Source of the DNA: Octopus vulgaris
Taxonomy: Eukaryota
Direction of reading: 5' to 3'
Assembly: GCA_951406725.2 (NCBI GenBank)
Contig: OX597820.1
Coordinates: 84,630,001 to 84,694,000 of the forward strand
Length of the DNA: 64,000 nt
The notes beneath the pieces were generated by a model that worked only from the letters and a program-made list of their open reading frames with translations, did no database searches and was not told the DNA's origin. The translations under genes were made by a program, and so were the position numbers. Positions 57,360 through 64,000 of this stretch are shown here, piece after piece. Every line of letters begins with the position of its first letter. The stretch's first letter is position 1.

Positions 57360-58680
57360 AGCGATCGTGAAGCATGAACTTCTGGGTTCATATTTCTATC
57401 TTTTTACTTGTGTAGCAAGATTGCTCCTATTCCATGATCCGAATAATCAGATACTACAGCAAAGTCCATTCTAGGATCGAATTGCGCTTGTGACAAGTAA
57501 GAAATGAATATTTCCTTCATGTATTCAAATGCGTTTTGGCACATTACTGGCCAATTCCATTTTACTTCTTTTTTTTGTAATTTGTTCAATGGTGTTCAAT
57601 TGGAATGTACTGTCGAAAGTAATCTACTACTCAAGGTAAGCTTGTAATATCGGTATATTCGTTAGAGGATGGATATTCTTGATTGCGTCTGTCCTCAACT
57701 GTTCAGGACGTGTTTCATTCTTATCTATGATTTGGCGTAGGTATTTGATTTTAGGTAAAACAATTTCACACCTCTCTTCCCTGAGTGTGAAAACACAATC
57801 CTTTGTATTTTTATTGACACACTTCACGAGTTTGAAATGCTCATTCTGCGATTCGCTTTTGTGTAACACTTCATCAACGCAAATAATAACAAATTGTGAT
57901 TTTGCCAACATTGCGTCTATCGTCTATTGAAATATTGCTGGTCCTAATTTCAGTCCAAAAGGTAGTCTATTTCATTTGTATAGAACTCTGTGCAAGTTGA
58001 GCGTTAACAATTTTGAGAATTTTAATCTTCTATGATTTCTGTGTATGCGTCAGAGAAATCGTGTCTTGAAAATATTTTTCTCCGTTGAGTTTTGTAAAAA
58101 TATCTCCTAGTGTCGGTTGTGGATAATGGTTCATATTTAAACAGTCATTTAAACTGGTCGAAATAATGGTACACAGTCTAATTTTGTTATTTTTCCTTTT
58201 TAATACATACAGCCCTAGCTACCTAATTCGCGCACTCCACATTTTCAATGATTCCGTTTTTTTTCTAATCTGTCATCCTCACCGTCCACTTGCTTTATTG
58301 CCGCAAAAGCACTTCCCTGGTAAGCTTGATCGCCTAATTCAAAACAAGTTTCAGACTTTGGAAATAGACCTAGTTTGTCGGAGAATACTTGCAGAAACAT
58401 TTTTTTCCTCAACACTTCACACGAATCAGATTTAGGGGAAGAACCATTTATGTTTTTACGAATCGAGATTTATGGGGGGTGGGGTCTCATGATTCGATTT
58501 CTAACAAATCAGTACCAAACAGATCTGTTGCATTTTTGACGATGAAAACTTTCACCTTGCAAGTTTTTCCTCGAAACGTGACATTAGTTTACAGACTATG
58601 AGATATAATTTGCCGCCCGTGACGCTAAGAACAGATTTTGCTGTTTTGCTCAGCATAGGTTTCCCTATTTTCCTCCATAT
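57360..58680 (-). mobile_element. Decayed Ty3/Gypsy pol fragment (RT, RNase H)
   Basis: On -: IKYL..IIDK, WNWPVMCQNAFE and VSDYSDHGIGAILLH (RNase H DAS..GIGA motif); LPFG-like segment near 57950. Confidence 0.8.
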
Positions 58681-58898
58681 TTGTTATTGAAATATCACCT
58701 CCAGCATTTAATTGATGTTTAATATGTATTAAATATATTTTTACATTTACGAATTTTCGTATTTGAGAGTCGATTTTTGTTTCTACTGAGAGTATATATG
58801 AATATATATGTACACAACACACACACAGACACTCACACACACACATATATATATATATATAAATGGAGTTGAACGATGTTATTAAAGTTCTTTTACTT

Positions 58899-58947
<49 letters not shown>

Positions 58948-59053
58948 CGCCATGATAGATTGGAAACGTTACAAACTTTTTCAATTCCCGAGCGTTATAC
59001 TAATATATCTGTTTCTTTTCTGCACCGCCTGACTTCGTGTTTTCGTGAATTCT

Positions 59054-59104
<51 letters not shown>

Positions 59105-59105
<1 letters not shown>

Positions 59106-60235
59106 CAACGTATATGAGTTTATACACGGGAACCATGTCGAGTCCTACAATGCTAGAAACAGCAGTCAAAACCCAATCCACTTAAGATGTATTCTTACAT
59201 TGCACATTGCTTGAAGGACATTAGGCAATCAATAATTAACCATCCGTGGCTCGTCAGTAAGGTCGCTGGAAAATGCATAATTATGAAACAATAATAAGTA
59301 CGGAAAACACGATCTATACACTGCGAACTTAGCTCCATATTTATTCATCAAGAATTGAAAGTGAATGCTCCTAATCAACGTACAGACACAGAGAAGCATA
59401 GTAATGAATAAATTCACCGTATGTTATACAACCGAAGAATTTTAATATTTAGTTATATAAACACAGGGTAAAAATTATCAAATTAATAATTAATAGCAGT
59501 GGATAGCATGCGTAATAAAAGTCAGAATACATAAATATTTTTATAATATGATAGTGTATGAGAGTTTATACACGGAGAGGAAAAAACCATTTGGATTCCT
59601 TACATGCTAGAAAGGGCAGTCAAAACCCAAACCACGAAACAGATATTCATGCATTAATCGTTGCTTGGGGGACACTTGAATGAATACAAATCTCACTTAA
59701 CACTATACCCATGAGTTTCACCATTAATGATCATATAAATTAATTACTTAATTGATTAATTAACCATCCGTAGCTCCCTGTATTATATTGTTAAATATCT
59801 TAATTCTGCAGTTAGATAATATACAGTGAACTTACTCACGGATATACTACTCTGACTTTGTACATTGACTGGGGGCATTTCACTTGAATTCTTGATGTAT
59901 AAATATAGAAATATATGCGCCCGTGTGTACTTTTTGCTTTCGCTACCTATTATAGTTTCATAATAATGCATATTCCAGTGACCTTACTGACGCGTCACGG
60001 ATGGTTAATTAATCAATTAATTGACTAATTAATAGATTTATCTTATAATTACTGGGGAAATTCATGGGTATAGTGTTAACTGAAAATTTTATTCATTCAA
60101 GTTTCCTACCAGCAACGTGAAATGTAGAATACGTCTTTCGTGGTTTGGGTTTAACTGCACTTTCTAACATGTAAGATATCCACATGTTGGTGACCTCTCC
60201 GTGTATACACTCTTATACACAATTATATTATAAAT
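59105..60235. repeat. Array of three related ~460-bp units (two direct, one inverted) carrying hammerhead parts
   Basis: A 59105-59460 and B 59535-59775 are direct; C 59780-60235 is inverted; shared blocks include CAGTCAAAACCCAA, AATTAACCATCCGT and GTCAGTAAGGTC. Confidence 0.85.
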
Positions 60236-60244
60236 ATATGTAGG

Positions 60245-60510
60245 GTGCCCCCCTTCGGTAATGAATGACCATAGGATTGCACCGAGAAAATTGCTTTCCG
60301 TGGTCCGGTTGCCTAGGAAAGACCAACAGTCAAGCCTCACCACCCCTCACCACAGATGTTATCCAAGGGAAAGTCAAAGGCCGATACAGCTAGGCACCAG
60401 TGATGCCGCAGCTCATTTCTACGATTGAGTGGAGTGGAACAACATGAATCTGGAATCGGACTCACAATCTCACAATCGTAAGCTCGGCGCTCAAACTATT
60501 GAGTCATACA
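60245..60510 (-). mobile_element. SINE family 3, diverged copy
   Basis: Reverse complement similarity to 27899-28230. Confidence 0.7.
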
Positions 60511-60523
60511 CGCATGCAGACAT

Positions 60524-60554
<31 letters not shown>

Positions 60555-60717
60555 ATGTAATCTAGATTCAGGTACTTGAATTAGATATTTAAATTGAGAC
60601 GCATTTTTTAGGATTAACTTTTTTGCACACTCAGACAATATTAGATGAATATCAACTGAATTTGAGATTTATTTCTAACCTTTATATATATCTATATTGT
60701 ACCTTAAGCGTATAAGT

Positions 60718-61930
60718 CAGTGGTTTTCAACTCGTTTGAGGTCAGGGCGCACTTGAACCCCGACAAATAATTGTGGGCGCACCATATACATATTTGTAAG
60801 CTAAATAACAGAAAACAACACATACCTTAATATTCTTCATTCTTGAGTTCATGGGAAACATTCGGTCGATATGTCTTGGCAATTTCTTCTATGTTTGGCG
60901 TATTTTTGAAAGACAGACTCGCATTTCTGTATCAATACTTGTAAGTGTTCCTCACTTTTTGTACTTGATAGTAGAAAGAGTGGAAAATCTCAATTCACAT
61001 AGATATGAAGTTGAAAATTGCAGCAAAATTGTGAGAGTTTTTTTACATCGAAACATATTCATCTGCTACAGAAATCCAGAAAGTGTCAATTCCTTGTTTC
61101 ACCATTAATCCACGGTCAGTAGATATAGCAGCGAGTTCCTCTTCTTCTATTAATGTTAATTCGAAATCATTGTAAGTATCCACGAATGGGTTTCTCATCC
61201 AGTCATGGTGTTCAGTTTTCAGTGATGGGAAATACGAACTCAATTTTTCTTCGAAGCTTGTTAAATACTCATATATTGACAGGAGTGTTTCATTTATGCC
61301 TGTTGCACTTTGACTTAACAAACGAAACATTTCCAAATTCCCTTTCGACAGATTTTCGCTCCCAAATCTTAAGTTTTCTTTGGAAAGCTTTCATTTTGTA
61401 AGTGAATATTAGAATACTTTCTTCTTTCCTTTGCATGCTAGTATTTAAAATATATCGGCCAAATACTGTAACCAGGCAATCCAAAATTCAGTACGAAGAA
61501 GGTCACAAAAATTTGATTGTTTCACTTCTGCGAAGAACGCAAGAAGTACGTGTCGTAGCTCGTGTACACGGATAAGTATTTTCTACTTGACAACCACCGT
61601 ACTTCAGTGTGTCAAAACAGCCGTTTGTGTTGATAATCCATATCGGTAAAAGAGTTCGAATATACCAGATTTGATAAAATTTGCCATCGGAAGAACTTGA
61701 TCTAATACTTCTTTTAGTTACTCTCCTATTGTGTTTGCCATCAAGGCCTCTCTATGAAGAAAGCAATGAGTAGCGATAACATAGTCATTCTGTTATTTTA
61801 TAAAAGCTGTGATACCCTTAACACAGCCTACCATGGAAGAGTCTCCATCTGTACAAATATCCACACATGATTTTCATGATAACTGCCATTTACGAAAGTA
61901 TGTATTCAGCAAAAAAGAAACTGATTTACT
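60718..61930 (-). mobile_element. Decayed hAT (Buster/SPIN-like) transposon, 3' part
   Basis: TIR CAGTGGTTTTCAAC at 60718 preceded by GTATAAGT (nnnTAnnn); on -: CTDG..SM.G, THCFLHRE, HTEVRWLS, WMRNPF and TSYLCE..FS motifs. Confidence 0.88.
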
Positions 61931-62064
61931 GTTTGATCTTCTTCGATAAAATGAATGAATGCTAAGACATGCACAAGGTGAATGCTTGAACTTATTACTA
62001 CATACATTTTCCTTGATATCAGGAATTATTATCATTCCTAGTTCGATTCCAGGTAGTTACCAGA

Positions 62065-62131
<67 letters not shown>

Positions 62132-64000
62132 GGATCGACTACAAAAAGGCGTTTGATAGCACCCCCACACATGGATCCACGAAACACTAGCCATTAACAA
62201 AGTAGCACAAACAATTATAAAATTCATAGGACACTCTATGAATGAATGGCAAACAGTGCTACAGCTCCAAACAAAAGAGGGACTCATGAAAACCAAAGCC
62301 ATCCCCATTAGAAGAGGAATATTCCAGGGAGACACGCTCTCTCCACTCCTTTTCTGCTTGGCACTGTCACCTCTATCTGATATGCTAAATAGAACTAGAT
62401 GCGGATATAAATGTTACGGCAAAACGATCAGCCACCATTTATATATGGATGACTTAAAACTATACGCTGCAAATGACAAACAGCTGGAAACACTATTAAA
62501 GACAGTTCATGGATTTACCAAAGAAATAGATATGAAATTTGGATTAGAAAAATGGGCCAAAGTAACCCTGAAAAGAAGAAAACTAGTTAAGAGTAGCAGC
62601 ATCACACTAGATAAAACCAATGAAATAAAAGAATTAGACCAAAGCCAAACTTACAAATACTTAGGAATCCATGAACTAGATACGACACAACACACACAAG
62701 TGAAAGACAAAATTAAAAAAGAATATTTTAGACGAATTAGATCAATACTAAAAACAGAGCTCAATGCTAAAAACAAGATAATAGGTATTAACACTTTAGC
62801 TGTCCCAGTTATAAGTTACAGCTACAATATCCTTAACTGGACACTAACTGATCTGACCAAAATAGATAGGAAAACAAGAAAAATAATGACATGATCTAGG
62901 ATGCATCACCCAAAATCTGACATAGAAAGACTATATATACAACGTATAGAAGGTGTTAGAGGCCTTATACAGCTGGAAAACTACTATAAAATAACCAACA
63001 TAGGACTGCAAAAATATCTACTTCAGAAGGAAGGAAAACTGATACAAATAGCGGCAAAACACGAGCAAAGCAAAAGACTGTTCTCAGTATTTAAGGAAGC
63101 TGACAAATACAAACAAAAAATCATACCACCTAACAAATATGAAGAAGAAGATGAAGAAACAACAAAAGCTATAAAACAAATGAAGTCCAAACTAACACTA
63201 GAACAGCAAAGAACCATGATAAAACGATGGCAAGTAAAGCCCCTTCATGGTAAATACTGGACTAAACTAAATTCAAAAGAAATAGACGAAGAAAAATTTT
63301 GAGAAGCTCAGGACTCAAAGCAGAGACAGAGGGATTTTTAATTGCAGCACAAGACCAAAGCCTCCCCACCAGAATCTACCAAAAACATATAATGAAAAGA
63401 AATATTAAAAGTAACTGCAGAATATGTGGAGATGGACAAGAAACAATAAATCATATTATCTCTGGCTGCCCAGTTCATGCTAAGAAGGAATATATTCACA
63501 GACATGACCGAGTTGGAACCTACATACACTGGAGCTATGCCAACATTATGGAATAACAACAGAAAAAAGATGGTATAGGCACACACCAGAAAAGGTCACA
63601 GAAAACGAGAAAGCAACCATACTCTGGGATATTCCAATACACACAGACAGAGAAATTAAGGCCAACAGACCAGATATAGTTGTCAGAGATCATGAAGAAA
63701 AAAATGCTTTCTAATTGCTGTACCAATACCAGCAGATGACAACGTGTCTCTATAAGAAATGGAGAAACTTTCAAAATACAAAGACCTGGAAATAGAGGTA
63801 ACCAGAATGTGGAATCTAAAAACAGAAACAATCCCTATCATAGTAGGTGCATGATAAAAAAATATTCAGACAAATACATAACAAAAACACCAGGACTTAC
63901 AAACACATATAACATACAGAAAATTGCAGTACTAGGCACTGCACACATCTTACGCAGAACACTTTCCATACAATAACCATCAGAGCATCACAACAAATCA
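62132..64000 (+). mobile_element. Second 5'-truncated R4/Dong-like copy in (TAA)n (runs off the window)
   Basis: Collinear and highly similar to 46339-48250, with its own lesions (stop at 62892, deletions near 63297 and 63533). Confidence 0.93.

Overview
AT-rich, repeat-dominated eukaryotic (animal) DNA with no intact host protein-coding gene that I can recognise; it reads as intergenic or long-intron sequence. The SINE families and the density of (TA)n, (CA)n, (TAA)n and (GATA)n tracts resemble an octopus/coleoid cephalopod genome (inference from pattern recall, not verified). Most ORFs in the supplied track are microsatellite artefacts. The real coding remnants are transposons: at least five Penelope-like element (PLE) pieces, including one uninterrupted RT+GIY-YIG ORF (29735-31334); two sister R4/Dong-like RT+REL-endonuclease LINEs plus older relatives, all in (TAA)n tracts; two Ty3/Gypsy relics; CR1/L2-like and RTE-like LINE fragments; a mariner; hAT relics; and a MITE. 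The most striking hidden layer is RNA structure: about ten type I hammerhead ribozyme (HHR) motifs from several families, most with short palindromic stem III. Two have fully intact cores (29544-29630 +, 38441-38528 -). One sits in a composite tRNA-head/(TAA)n/HHR-tail SINE-like element (17591-17881), one pair is head-to-head (40240-40460), and three ~460-bp HHR units form a direct/inverted array (59105-60235). All calls come from reading by eye; boundaries of decayed elements are approximate.
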